From Patescibacteria group bacterium (GTDB lineage Bacteria; Patescibacteriota; Gracilibacteria; UM-FILTER-43-11): DNA of 36,855 nucleotides. Made by a program: the position numbers and the translations under genes. Where the stretch lies: positions 1 through 36,855 of the forward strand of contig JAJDCE010000061.1 of NCBI GenBank assembly GCA_029260985.1. Reading direction: 5' to 3'. Positions 1-7,796 of the stretch are shown here, one piece after another (within the stretch, counting starts at the first letter, position 1; every line of letters begins with the position of its first letter). The notes under the pieces are model-generated. The model worked only from the letters and a program-made list of their open reading frames with translations, ran no database searches and was not told the origin of the DNA.

Positions 1-58
1 AGCAGAAACTCTCCCCGTCTACAGCCAGCCAAACCTCCAAAGTCCTGCCAACTTCTCA

Positions 59-805
59 ATGACAAAAGGGATGCGTGTAAACCCACTCGAAACCCTTATA
101 GATAATGGAATCCGATGGTTTAAGATAAATAGCCGCTATTGGCTGCCAGCCATCGAGCCCATGGGCAAGGTAAATGTGGAACAAAAAGCTAAATCTACTT
201 ACATCGAAGACCTATATGGCATCTTCAGCATATCCCATCGCTACGCGGTAAAAATGGTGAAATATCCAGGGGCAAAAGGAAGAATGGAAACCTATAAGAA
301 AATTGGAAGTGAATATGTTATGCAAAACTCATACCCTATTTCATACCGAAAAGAAGGTTTAAAAACGAAATACGGTGACCTGAAAAGCCCGGGGGGAAAT
401 GTAGTCCGCTACCTTTATCGAACCACCAGAAGCGGCATGAACGGATGGGATAAAGAAGGAAAACATTTCGGAGTTTATAAAGTGAGTTTTCCAATGCCGC
501 ATGACGCATTGCCTCATCTAATGGCTGGACGAATCACAAATTATCAATACAACAAAATCCCTACCATCAACTGGAGAGGTGAAGGTGAAAACCGTATGCT
601 CTACCCACACCCACCTAGTTACATGGGAGCAGACATCGTCCTTCATACTGGACGTAAGGGATCAAGGGGTTGTATCAATATCGAAAATGAACAAATGAGC
701 TTTTTCTACCACGAAGATGTGGTCACCGAAAACGACAAAGAAATCATCCCATTAGTAATCTATGATGAGGATGTAATCGCACCGCCAATTGGTGAGCTCC
801 TCTAA
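59..805 (+). CDS. hypothetical protein with a YkuD/Tlde1-like (L,D-transpeptidase-fold) H...S-x-G-C-I motif; possibly 5'-truncated by the window edge
   Basis: 248-aa ORF. The C-terminal segment IVLHTGRKGSRGCINIENEQ resembles the His...Ser-x-Gly-Cys-Ile/Val catalytic signature of YkuD-type domains. The same frame is open from nt 2 to 58, so the true start may lie upstream of the window. Confidence 0.55.
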   Translation: MTKGMRVNPLETLIDNGIRWFKINSRYWLPAIEPMGKVNVEQKAKSTYIEDLYGIFSISHRYAVKMVKYPGAKGRMETYKKIGSEYVMQNSYPISYRKEGLKTKYGDLKSPGGNVVRYLYRTTRSGMNGWDKEGKHFGVYKVSFPMPHDALPHLMAGRITNYQYNKIPTINWRGEGENRMLYPHPPSYMGADIVLHTGRKGSRGCINIENEQMSFFYHEDVVTENDKEIIPLVIYDEDVIAPPIGELL

Positions 806-824
806 TTCGGCTATTGATTATACA

Positions 825-2090
825 TCACCTTCTCCGACTCCCCTTTCGGCGGAATGATGTACGAGACCCCATCCGTACTCGCTGTGCTTTAGGCGCTTCA
901 TGCTCAGGCTCAGGGAGATCTGCGGGCAAATTCGCCTTAGTTAATCTTGTTTCAATCAAACGCTCAATTTTCTTCAGCTTATCGCTTTGACTGGGCATAA
1001 TAAACGTAATAGCACGTCCAACCTTGCCAGCCCTCCCGGTACGACCTATGCGATGAACATAGTCTTCAGCATACTCAGGAACATCATAATTGATCACCAG
1101 GGCAATCCCCTGCACATCAATGCCACGGGCAGCAATATCTGTTGCTACCAGCACCCGATATTTCCCTTTCTTAAAACCCTCCAATGCCTCCCTTCGCTGG
1201 TTCAATGATCGATTGGAATGAATCTCGGCTGCAGTAAGATGTGTTTTTCTCACGTCGCGGCATATCTTTTTAGCACCATATTTAGTACGACTAAAAACAA
1301 GCACTGTGCCTTCGTACTGCTTAAGAAGCTTTTCCAGCAAATGTCTCTTCTGATTCCGCGCGACAATGTAGATTTCCTGATCTACCCCCTCAGCGGTAGT
1401 ACCTTGACGTGCCACCTCCACATGAGTGGGGCGTTTCATATATTGAGTAGCTATTTTTACAATTTCGTTCGGCATTGTGGCCGAAAAGAGCATCGTCTGA
1501 CGATCTTTAGGCACTACATTCAGTATCTTTCTGATCTGAGGTTCAAAACCCATATCGAGCATCCGATCCGCTTCATCAAGCACTAACACACTCACGTCAT
1601 TCAACCGAATCGTTCTCTCTTCAATATGATTGATGATTCGGCCTGGCGTACCGATGATCACATGCGGATTCTTACGAAGATCCTGTATCTGACGCCTCAT
1701 AGGAGCTCCGCCAATAATCAAAGCGGTGCGAAGCCCGAATGACCGAGCAATCTTTTGCAAAGTTTCTTCTACCTGTAAAGCCAATTCACGAGTGGGCAAA
1801 AGAATCAGCCCCCCTCCGCCATGACGGATAAGCCGTTGAATGATGGGCAGGCTGAAAGCCAGCGTTTTACCGGTACCGGTTTGTGCGACACCAATAATAT
1901 CCTCCCCCTTTAATCCATCAGGTATGGCCTGAGCCTGAATAGGGGTAGGTATATGAAATTTGAGTTGATCCAGCACTTTCAGAATAGGATCATCAAGTCC
2001 TAAATTGTGAAAACTTGGTTTATTGGAATTCTCTCTTCGAGCCTGAGAGATGGCCTCAGAGCCGAAGGCAGTATCTTTTTGTTTATTCAT
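825..2090 (-). CDS. rhlE: DEAD-box ATP-dependent RNA helicase (RhlE-like, basic C-terminal tail)
   Basis: Q-motif (F..L.L...PTPIQ), motif I AQTGTGKT, motif II DEAD, motif III SAT, motif VI HRIGRTGRAG, and an Arg/Lys-rich tail. Uses a TGA stop. Confidence 0.93.
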   Translation of the reverse strand: MNKQKDTAFGSEAISQARRENSNKPSFHNLGLDDPILKVLDQLKFHIPTPIQAQAIPDGLKGEDIIGVAQTGTGKTLAFSLPIIQRLIRHGGGGLILLPTRELALQVEETLQKIARSFGLRTALIIGGAPMRRQIQDLRKNPHVIIGTPGRIINHIEERTIRLNDVSVLVLDEADRMLDMGFEPQIRKILNVVPKDRQTMLFSATMPNEIVKIATQYMKRPTHVEVARQGTTAEGVDQEIYIVARNQKRHLLEKLLKQYEGTVLVFSRTKYGAKKICRDVRKTHLTAAEIHSNRSLNQRREALEGFKKGKYRVLVATDIAARGIDVQGIALVINYDVPEYAEDYVHRIGRTGRAGKVGRAITFIMPSQSDKLKKIERLIETRLTKANLPADLPEPEHEAPKAQRVRMGSRTSFRRKGSRRR

Positions 2091-2114
2091 TAGGGTTTTA
2101 ACTTTATAAAATTA

Positions 2115-2561
2115 TTATACATCATCTCTTGCTGTAAGGTGAATTAAATCTGGCGGTATTTTTCTGACCTGAACCGTATTAGCGCCAGCTAATACCAATT
2201 GAACAAATCTATGGAGACCATCTAAAGTCAGCCATTTTCCCCTCCTGTTTTTCATAACATCAAGTGGATACGAGGTATCTCCGCCATTAATTCTATCGCG
2301 ATGCTCAGGATATTGATCTGCATTCTGGATAACCTCATTCGGCGTAATCACTATGTCACCTCGCTCATTTTCCCAAAATGGAACATCAAGTATCCACAAC
2401 AATTCATCTATCTCCATTTCTTCAACAGGAACATCTAATGCCCATAATTTTTCATTATCTCTCCAAAACGGCAAATCAAAGGCATGCTCAGTATGTCTCG
2501 GATCAACATATATATCCCTCTCCGTATCGGCCTGTGATGAACTTTCAGGTGACTGAATCAT
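2115..2561 (-). CDS. hypothetical protein with a ParB/sulfiredoxin-like nuclease-domain motif
   Basis: 148-aa ORF lying 24 nt upstream of the helicase. The C-terminal WLTLDGLHRFVQLVLAG resembles the DGxHR core of ParB N-terminal domains. Has a duplicated LDVPxxE/LDVPFW motif. Confidence 0.6.
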   Translation of the reverse strand: MIQSPESSSQADTERDIYVDPRHTEHAFDLPFWRDNEKLWALDVPVEEMEIDELLWILDVPFWENERGDIVITPNEVIQNADQYPEHRDRINGGDTSYPLDVMKNRRGKWLTLDGLHRFVQLVLAGANTVQVRKIPPDLIHLTARDDV

Positions 2562-2567
2562 AATATT

Positions 2568-2595
2568 ATTATATATAATAATTTAAATTTGTCAA
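2568..2595 (-). promoter_or_regulatory. sigma70-type promoter, TTGACA-N16-TATAAT (exact consensus); predicts a leaderless mRNA
   Basis: Reverse complement of 2590-2595 is TTGACA and of 2568-2573 is TATAAT, with a 16-nt spacer. The A of the ATG at 2561 lies 7 nt downstream of the -10 element. Confidence 0.7.
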
Positions 2596-2632
2596 TACAC
2601 TGAAATAAGCCAAAAACAAGCTAATGGTAAAG

Positions 2633-2717
2633 TGGTGAGCGATGGAAGACTTGAACTTCCGACCTCTACATTATCAGTGTAGCGCTCTAACCATCCGCCT
2701 AAGGCGGATAATCGCTG
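2633..2717 (-). pseudogene. tRNA-Ile-like duplicate with its D-arm replaced by a 7-bp hairpin (att-like repeat or degenerate tRNA)
   Basis: 2633-2693 matches 2972-3032 at 60 of 61 nt (anticodon arm, T-arm, 3' acceptor strand, CCA). The 5' D-stem strand GCTCAGC is replaced by TCCGCCTTAGGCGGA. The acceptor stem has a C1-C72 mismatch. Confidence 0.6.
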
Positions 2718-2953
2718 AGTATTTGCTTTAAGTATTCACGACCTTTTCCTGACTTCAAAAATTTTTCTCTTCTTCTGGCATCATTTTGAATTTCATATTC
2801 CTCAAAATAGACAAGAGACCACGGACCTCTTTTTTGAGTATAGGAGCTAAAGCCATCTATCAAGGTGTGCTTTATTATTCTTTTTTTCAAATTACTCGTA
2901 AAACCTTTATATAGAATTCCTTTAGAATTCCTCATTACGTATACAAAATACAT
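2699..2953 (-). CDS. small GIY-YIG nuclease superfamily protein (UPF0213/YhbQ-like)
   Basis: 84 aa. N-terminal YFVYVMRN..GILYKGFTSNLKKRIIKH is the GIY...YxG...R..xH pattern. The TAG stop lies at the apex of the 2693-2709 hairpin. Confidence 0.85.
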   Translation of the reverse strand: MYFVYVMRNSKGILYKGFTSNLKKRIIKHTLIDGFSSYTQKRGPWSLVYFEEYEIQNDARRREKFLKSGKGREYLKQILSDYPP

Positions 2954-2971
2954 TCTAAATACAAAAATAGA

Positions 2972-3048
2972 TGGTGGGCGATGGAAGACTTGAACTTCCG
3001 ACCTCTACATTATCAGTGTAGCGCTCTAACCAGCTGAGCTAATCGCCC
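2972..3048 (-). tRNA. tRNA-Ile (anticodon GAU), CCA encoded
   Basis: Hand-folded cloverleaf: GGGCGAT/ATCGCCC acceptor, GCTC/GAGC D-stem, CTACA/TGTAG anticodon stem with loop CTGATAA, GGAAG/CTTCC T-stem with TTCAAGT loop, then ACCA. Total 77 nt. Confidence 0.93.
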
Positions 3049-3060
3049 TTTGATTTTAGA

Positions 3061-3093
3061 CTCTAACCATCTGCCTGAGGCAGATAATCGCCC
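3061..3093 (-). repeat. orphan tRNA 5'-fragment carrying the same hairpin-type D-arm as 2686-2717
   Basis: The reverse complement GGGCGATTATCTGCCTCAGGCAGATGGTTAGAG parallels the 5' part of the 2633-2717 copy. The hairpin 3069-3085 differs from 2693-2709 by a compensatory C-G to T-A pair change. Confidence 0.6.
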
Positions 3094-3142
3094 TCTTAAA
3101 TTGACGAGAAGAAAGATACCGAAGCCCTGAAAACAAGTCAAA

Positions 3143-5350
3143 TTATTTTTCTTCAAAATCGATATCTGGATTACTCGGAATCGCTATTGAGCCTGTCATT
3201 TTACCCTTCTCAATAGAACCGACCACATTAAATGGGCCATCTGCAGAAACTTTCTGACCCGCCGCATCAATAGTTGCATCAAGACTTCCGCTCAAAACAA
3301 ATACCCCCGTGATCTGATCAATAGAACCCGTACAGCGGGTCGAATTCGCAGAACCGGAACCTGTTGAAGAATTACCGGCAAAAGTCGTAGTAAACGAAGT
3401 ATTCATAGCTGTGGTACAAGTAGCAGACCCATCTTCGTTAAAAGTGATCGCTATAGTCCCGGACGTTGTCTCAGTCACCGAAATTGTCATCCCTTGCTCA
3501 GAATGAGTTTGGGTATTAGGGCGGCTAAAGCTGGCTGTTTTTGTGCCGACAAAAACCGTGTTAACAATCTCTTCATCCTCTTCTTCAGCCTCCTCCTCAG
3601 ACGGTGTTAATCTGATCATTCCGTCCCAAGAACCTACAATATACTCATCAGTGTAATCTTTAATCGCGTAAGTAAACGGAGACGTCACCGATCCAGACTC
3701 ATAACCCTTGGCCGTCACCGAAATCGTAATATTAAGTGGCGTAGGTTCAATCGTTGGTTTTACCAAAAAAGTTCCATCATCAACCGTTCGGTCTGAACCT
3801 AAACTTTTCCCCCCACTGGTTTTGATAGTCACCACCGCATTTTCAATTGATTCCCCCTCAACAGCATCAATCACCTCCCCGGTAATATAGGCATCAGGAT
3901 CAAGCTCAAAATTGTAAGGAATGTCTAAATAATCCTTTCCGCCAACGGGCATTTCAAAAACATCCGCACCATTGGTTATTTGAATTTTTCCGGATGACAT
4001 GGAAATGTCGTAACTGGCGTCTTCAAAACCTTGGGCCTTAAAAGTAACCGTGTAAGCTCCTCCATTCTGAAAATAAACTTCGTAGGCCGCCCCCTTATTC
4101 CATTCCCCCCTAATATCTTCCTTGATACCTTTACTCTTTGCACTAATTGTTCCCACGCCAATCAGCGCCTTGGTAGCGCTATTTTTCAACGTTCCTTTTA
4201 CGCGAAAACCTTCACTTAAAAAACCGGGTAAATAATCAAATCCCTCTTCTTGGATTGTATCAAGGATCGCCCCCATTCCGCAGTTAAGGAGATCTCCTTT
4301 GCAAGGGCCAATTTCGGAATCAATAGTGGCAAATCGAGTTGCCAGCTGTGCGCAGCCTAAATAAGCAAGGGGAGATGAAGCTCCGCCTGTAAATAAAATA
4401 CTCCCTAGGCCAATACCGCATCCAATCACACTCATAGAAGTTCCAAAATCAGGCATTTCTTTCAAAAAACAATCAAATTCTTCATTTTTACAGAATTCAT
4501 CAACTGCCAAACCAATTCCCAACTTCAACAGTTTAACATCAGGAGGAAGAGCTGCGTCAAATGCGTCATATAAAGTTTCAGAAGTGATGCGATCTTCATC
4601 AATTGTTGAAGCATTAGCTGAAGGGAAAAACCAGTTATATATAACCGCCTGAAATTTAGAAGAATCTAGAGTTCTGGTTAAAGTTTCTTTTGTTCCATCA
4701 GGCTTTGTAATGGTTAAATCCACCGTCGTTTCAGTATAGTTACTAAAATTTACAATCGTTCCGTTAAAAGTAAATGTTCCCGGAAGTCCATAATCATTTA
4801 TTTTCATCAGCCCTTCTGTGCCATCATTACCTCTTATCACCACCGCATCAGGGTATTTTTTACCATCAACTGTTTTAGTCATAAACGCCATTCCCTCACG
4901 GTTTTCAGAAACAACTACCGAATGAACATTGCTATTTGGATCTGTATTTCTATGAATCACAGTTTTCCCAATTTCTGTCACAGGCTTCCCTACACCGCAC
5001 TTAAGTTTGTAAAACAATTCAGTCTGGCAGCGAATTCCATCCTTGCCATCGTTTATAAAACATACATCAAAAGCTTTCCCTTCAAACTCTTCCTGATGAA
5101 CAGTGCCCTTCTTCTCCTTACAATAATTAGCCCACTTTTGCTTATCTGGAAACCTGACTATATCTGACGCCTCTTTCGCAGGCGTTTTCATCACCCCTCC
5201 TTCACTCTTCTCAGCTTCTACCAGTTCTGTTTTTTCAAAGCGCTCAAGAATCTGATCAACCAAAGGATCAGAAGATGTTGAGTAATCATAAACCAAGTAG
5301 CTCCCTCCGATAAAAAGAAGGGCAAAGATGAGTTTAAATAGGTTTTTCAT
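3143..5350 (-). CDS. large membrane-anchored/secreted hypothetical protein with carboxypeptidase-regulatory-like (Ig/PEGA-type) beta domains
   Basis: 735 aa. N-terminal TM/signal anchor (LFKLIFALLFIGGSYLV), Cys-rich segments, and a GEVIDAVEGESIENAVVTIKT..DDGTFLV segment typical of CarboxypepD_reg-like folds. Confidence 0.75.
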   Translation of the reverse strand: MKNLFKLIFALLFIGGSYLVYDYSTSSDPLVDQILERFEKTELVEAEKSEGGVMKTPAKEASDIVRFPDKQKWANYCKEKKGTVHQEEFEGKAFDVCFINDGKDGIRCQTELFYKLKCGVGKPVTEIGKTVIHRNTDPNSNVHSVVVSENREGMAFMTKTVDGKKYPDAVVIRGNDGTEGLMKINDYGLPGTFTFNGTIVNFSNYTETTVDLTITKPDGTKETLTRTLDSSKFQAVIYNWFFPSANASTIDEDRITSETLYDAFDAALPPDVKLLKLGIGLAVDEFCKNEEFDCFLKEMPDFGTSMSVIGCGIGLGSILFTGGASSPLAYLGCAQLATRFATIDSEIGPCKGDLLNCGMGAILDTIQEEGFDYLPGFLSEGFRVKGTLKNSATKALIGVGTISAKSKGIKEDIRGEWNKGAAYEVYFQNGGAYTVTFKAQGFEDASYDISMSSGKIQITNGADVFEMPVGGKDYLDIPYNFELDPDAYITGEVIDAVEGESIENAVVTIKTSGGKSLGSDRTVDDGTFLVKPTIEPTPLNITISVTAKGYESGSVTSPFTYAIKDYTDEYIVGSWDGMIRLTPSEEEAEEEDEEIVNTVFVGTKTASFSRPNTQTHSEQGMTISVTETTSGTIAITFNEDGSATCTTAMNTSFTTTFAGNSSTGSGSANSTRCTGSIDQITGVFVLSGSLDATIDAAGQKVSADGPFNVVGSIEKGKMTGSIAIPSNPDIDFEEK

Positions 5351-5412
5351 AAATTTATTTTAAGGTCTTCGTAGAGTCTAACACGAAAAACCTATCATGA
5401 AAATCATGAGTC

Positions 5413-6930
5413 CTATTTGACCAATTCACCCGTATAAACCACCTCGAAAGCAGAACCGGGAACCGATTTGAGCTGTCCCAGATCGTCATCATCCCACTTA
5501 GCATTGGTCTCACCCGTAATAAACCAATCGGAACCATTATCAGCCACAATCATCCCATACTTTTTCAAAGCCTTCAAAATCACCAAAGCATCACCGGTAA
5601 AACCGGAAAGATCATAACTGGCTTTCAATCGCAAACGAAGCCCCATGGGTGAATGATTGGGATTGGTGGAAGAACTTGCATAATGAGTAGCGGGCTTGAT
5701 GTAAGCACGTTGGGATTCGCTAACGGTAAATCGAAGGGCGTGATTAATTTCACCCGATTTCACCTCATCGTATCGAACCAAACCTGGGAAAATCGGTAAA
5801 CCTGCCGCGTCAGCAGACGTCCAGCCGTCGGGTCGAAGGGCATTAGAATTGAGATCAAAAATGGCTCCTGATCCAACCTCCCATCTTGAACCTGACCAGG
5901 TAGAATCAAACGTTTCGTAAAGCTTACAGGCATCGGTATCAATCACCAGAATATGCCCGTCACTCCCCGCTTCAATCTCGGCACCGGAAGGAATAGGATA
6001 TCCTTCAGCAGGAAGATCGCTTTCATCATCATAATAAGCGCTAATCGGCACTTTCTTTTGACTGCTATCCACAGTCATCCACGGAATTCCGTAATCCGGA
6101 TTAGAACCGAAATCAGGGTGAATATTAGAACGGCCAGATAGAATTGAATTGATATAGCCGTCTGAGTTTTCATGAAGAGAATAGCCTGAAACATCAGTAT
6201 TCCAAGGATTGTCCGCAGGGAAGACCTGACACGATCCGACCTTCGGCGCGTCAACAGAGTTTTGAGTTTTCTCCTCCACCTCTTGGCTCTCTACATATTG
6301 GTGGGCTTTAGCAATAATCTTAGCTGCTTCACCTCGAGTGATTTTATTTCCAGGGCCAAACCGACCATCATTATAACCCTGAACATACCCCTTCATTACT
6401 GCAAACTGGATGTATTTTTTAAACCATTGATTCGACACATCAGAAAAATTTGAAAAACCACCCTTAATATCTGCATCAGAAAAAGCTGACAGCAAAATCA
6501 TTTTTAAAGCTTCAGCACGGTTCACTGATGTATTTGGCCTAAAGGAGCCGTTTGCATATCCCTTCACCCAACCCATTTTTTTTGCCTTATAAACCGCTGG
6601 AGCATACCAGGCAGATTCACTCACATCATAAAAATCATCCGAAGTGGTCGTTAAATCGCTCCCAAATTTACATTGAGTGAGCATCTTCGCAAGTTCAGCC
6701 CGAGTAATGGGTGTATCAGGTCTGAATTCCCCCAAATATTCACCATCTGCATTCTTAAAGCCATAAATTTGACACTCAGTTTTCAACTTATCTGCAAATG
6801 CCTTAGACCAATGAGAAGAGGTATCCCTAAAATCACTAGGAGGAGTTGCTGCAAACGCCATCGTAAAATAAACCGCCGTTAAAAGTATAGCGACAATAAT
6901 CGACAGAAGAATATGTATCGGCTTTTTCAT
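5413..6930 (-). CDS. S-layer-homology (3x SLH) domain cell-wall protein with an uncharacterised conserved C-terminal domain
   Basis: Signal peptide followed by three SLH repeats (F.D......W....I........G.v.Gy.dG.FrP...itR.E.a.mi). The C-terminal ~280 aa contains TSADAAGLPIFPGLVRYDEV...HALRFT. Confidence 0.85.
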   Translation of the reverse strand: MKKPIHILLSIIVAILLTAVYFTMAFAATPPSDFRDTSSHWSKAFADKLKTECQIYGFKNADGEYLGEFRPDTPITRAELAKMLTQCKFGSDLTTTSDDFYDVSESAWYAPAVYKAKKMGWVKGYANGSFRPNTSVNRAEALKMILLSAFSDADIKGGFSNFSDVSNQWFKKYIQFAVMKGYVQGYNDGRFGPGNKITRGEAAKIIAKAHQYVESQEVEEKTQNSVDAPKVGSCQVFPADNPWNTDVSGYSLHENSDGYINSILSGRSNIHPDFGSNPDYGIPWMTVDSSQKKVPISAYYDDESDLPAEGYPIPSGAEIEAGSDGHILVIDTDACKLYETFDSTWSGSRWEVGSGAIFDLNSNALRPDGWTSADAAGLPIFPGLVRYDEVKSGEINHALRFTVSESQRAYIKPATHYASSSTNPNHSPMGLRLRLKASYDLSGFTGDALVILKALKKYGMIVADNGSDWFITGETNAKWDDDDLGQLKSVPGSAFEVVYTGELVK

Positions 6931-6961
6931 GACAACGTTTTATTTTATAAAAGAGGTCTGA

Positions 6962-6990
6962 ATTATAACGAAAATAATGCAAGAAGTTAA
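6962..6990 (-). promoter_or_regulatory. promoter TTAACT-N17-TATAAT for the SLH gene
   Basis: Reverse complement of 6985-6990 is TTAACT (overlapping the TAA stop of the upstream ORF) and of 6962-6967 is TATAAT, with a 17-nt spacer. Lies ~30 nt upstream of the ATG at 6930. Confidence 0.5.
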
Positions 6991-7796
6991 CCCGCCATTC
7001 CATCTGCATAAGCCTGCATTTTGGGGAAAGCCCTCTCAACCAAATAACGAACCATTCTGCGCAAACGATTAGCATCGCAATTAAAACCGGTTTCGAATCC
7101 AAATTTCTTAAGCAAAGTGCTTATGGTAGCATCCTGAGCATCCTGAAATCTGAGTAAAATTGCCCTAATATACCCCCTTCTGTCGTCCAAATTATACAAA
7201 CGGGTATCAATCTGAGTTAACTTACCCTCTCTTGCAATAACATCACCTACCTCAACACCACATTTCGACATTTCTATTTTGGAATGTATATCGGCATCTG
7301 GGAGCTTTAGATTGCTAATGCTGGGATTCAAAGTTTTCTTTCTAGGGTTTAAAACAGCACCAAACTCACCCAATAACTGACCCCCTACAATATCCAAACC
7401 TCTGCTATCGGACTGTCTAATAACCTGACCAATGCTAAAAATATCAAGCAATTGCCGCCTCACCTCTTCAGAATGGAATAAATGAGCCACTCTCAAAGTC
7501 TCAGCATCTAGATAGCCCTGACGTAAATAATATTCTGCCACCTCATGATGAACTTTGCCATTTCTAACCAACGTCTCACCATGATTCTCAGTGGGAGTTA
7601 CTGTAAGACCATGCCGACACTGAGTTTCATAATCAAATTCAGCCGCTTCAGGGCGAGGATCCTGCCAAATTTTACCAAACCAATTTGGTATTTTATGAAC
7701 CTCCCCTCTTTCTTCATCTAGCCAAACACTATGTTCAGCACCGGATGTCTGACGACCTTTTAACCTGACTATATCTGGATTACTGGATTTATTCAT
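6987..7796 (-). CDS. hypothetical protein, translationally coupled to queG
   Basis: 269-aa ORF. Its ATG overlaps the queG stop (ATGA, 7793-7796). I recognise no family. Confidence 0.7.
   Translation of the reverse strand: MNKSSNPDIVRLKGRQTSGAEHSVWLDEERGEVHKIPNWFGKIWQDPRPEAAEFDYETQCRHGLTVTPTENHGETLVRNGKVHHEVAEYYLRQGYLDAETLRVAHLFHSEEVRRQLLDIFSIGQVIRQSDSRGLDIVGGQLLGEFGAVLNPRKKTLNPSISNLKLPDADIHSKIEMSKCGVEVGDVIAREGKLTQIDTRLYNLDDRRGYIRAILLRFQDAQDATISTLLKKFGFETGFNCDANRLRRMVRYLVERAFPKMQAYADGMAG

Noticed and set aside
825-2563. Antisense ORFs 987-1208, 1218-1586, 2353-2556 and 2378-2563.
   Set aside because: They lie opposite the DEAD-box helicase and the ParB-like ORF, have no motifs, and are typical shadow ORFs.
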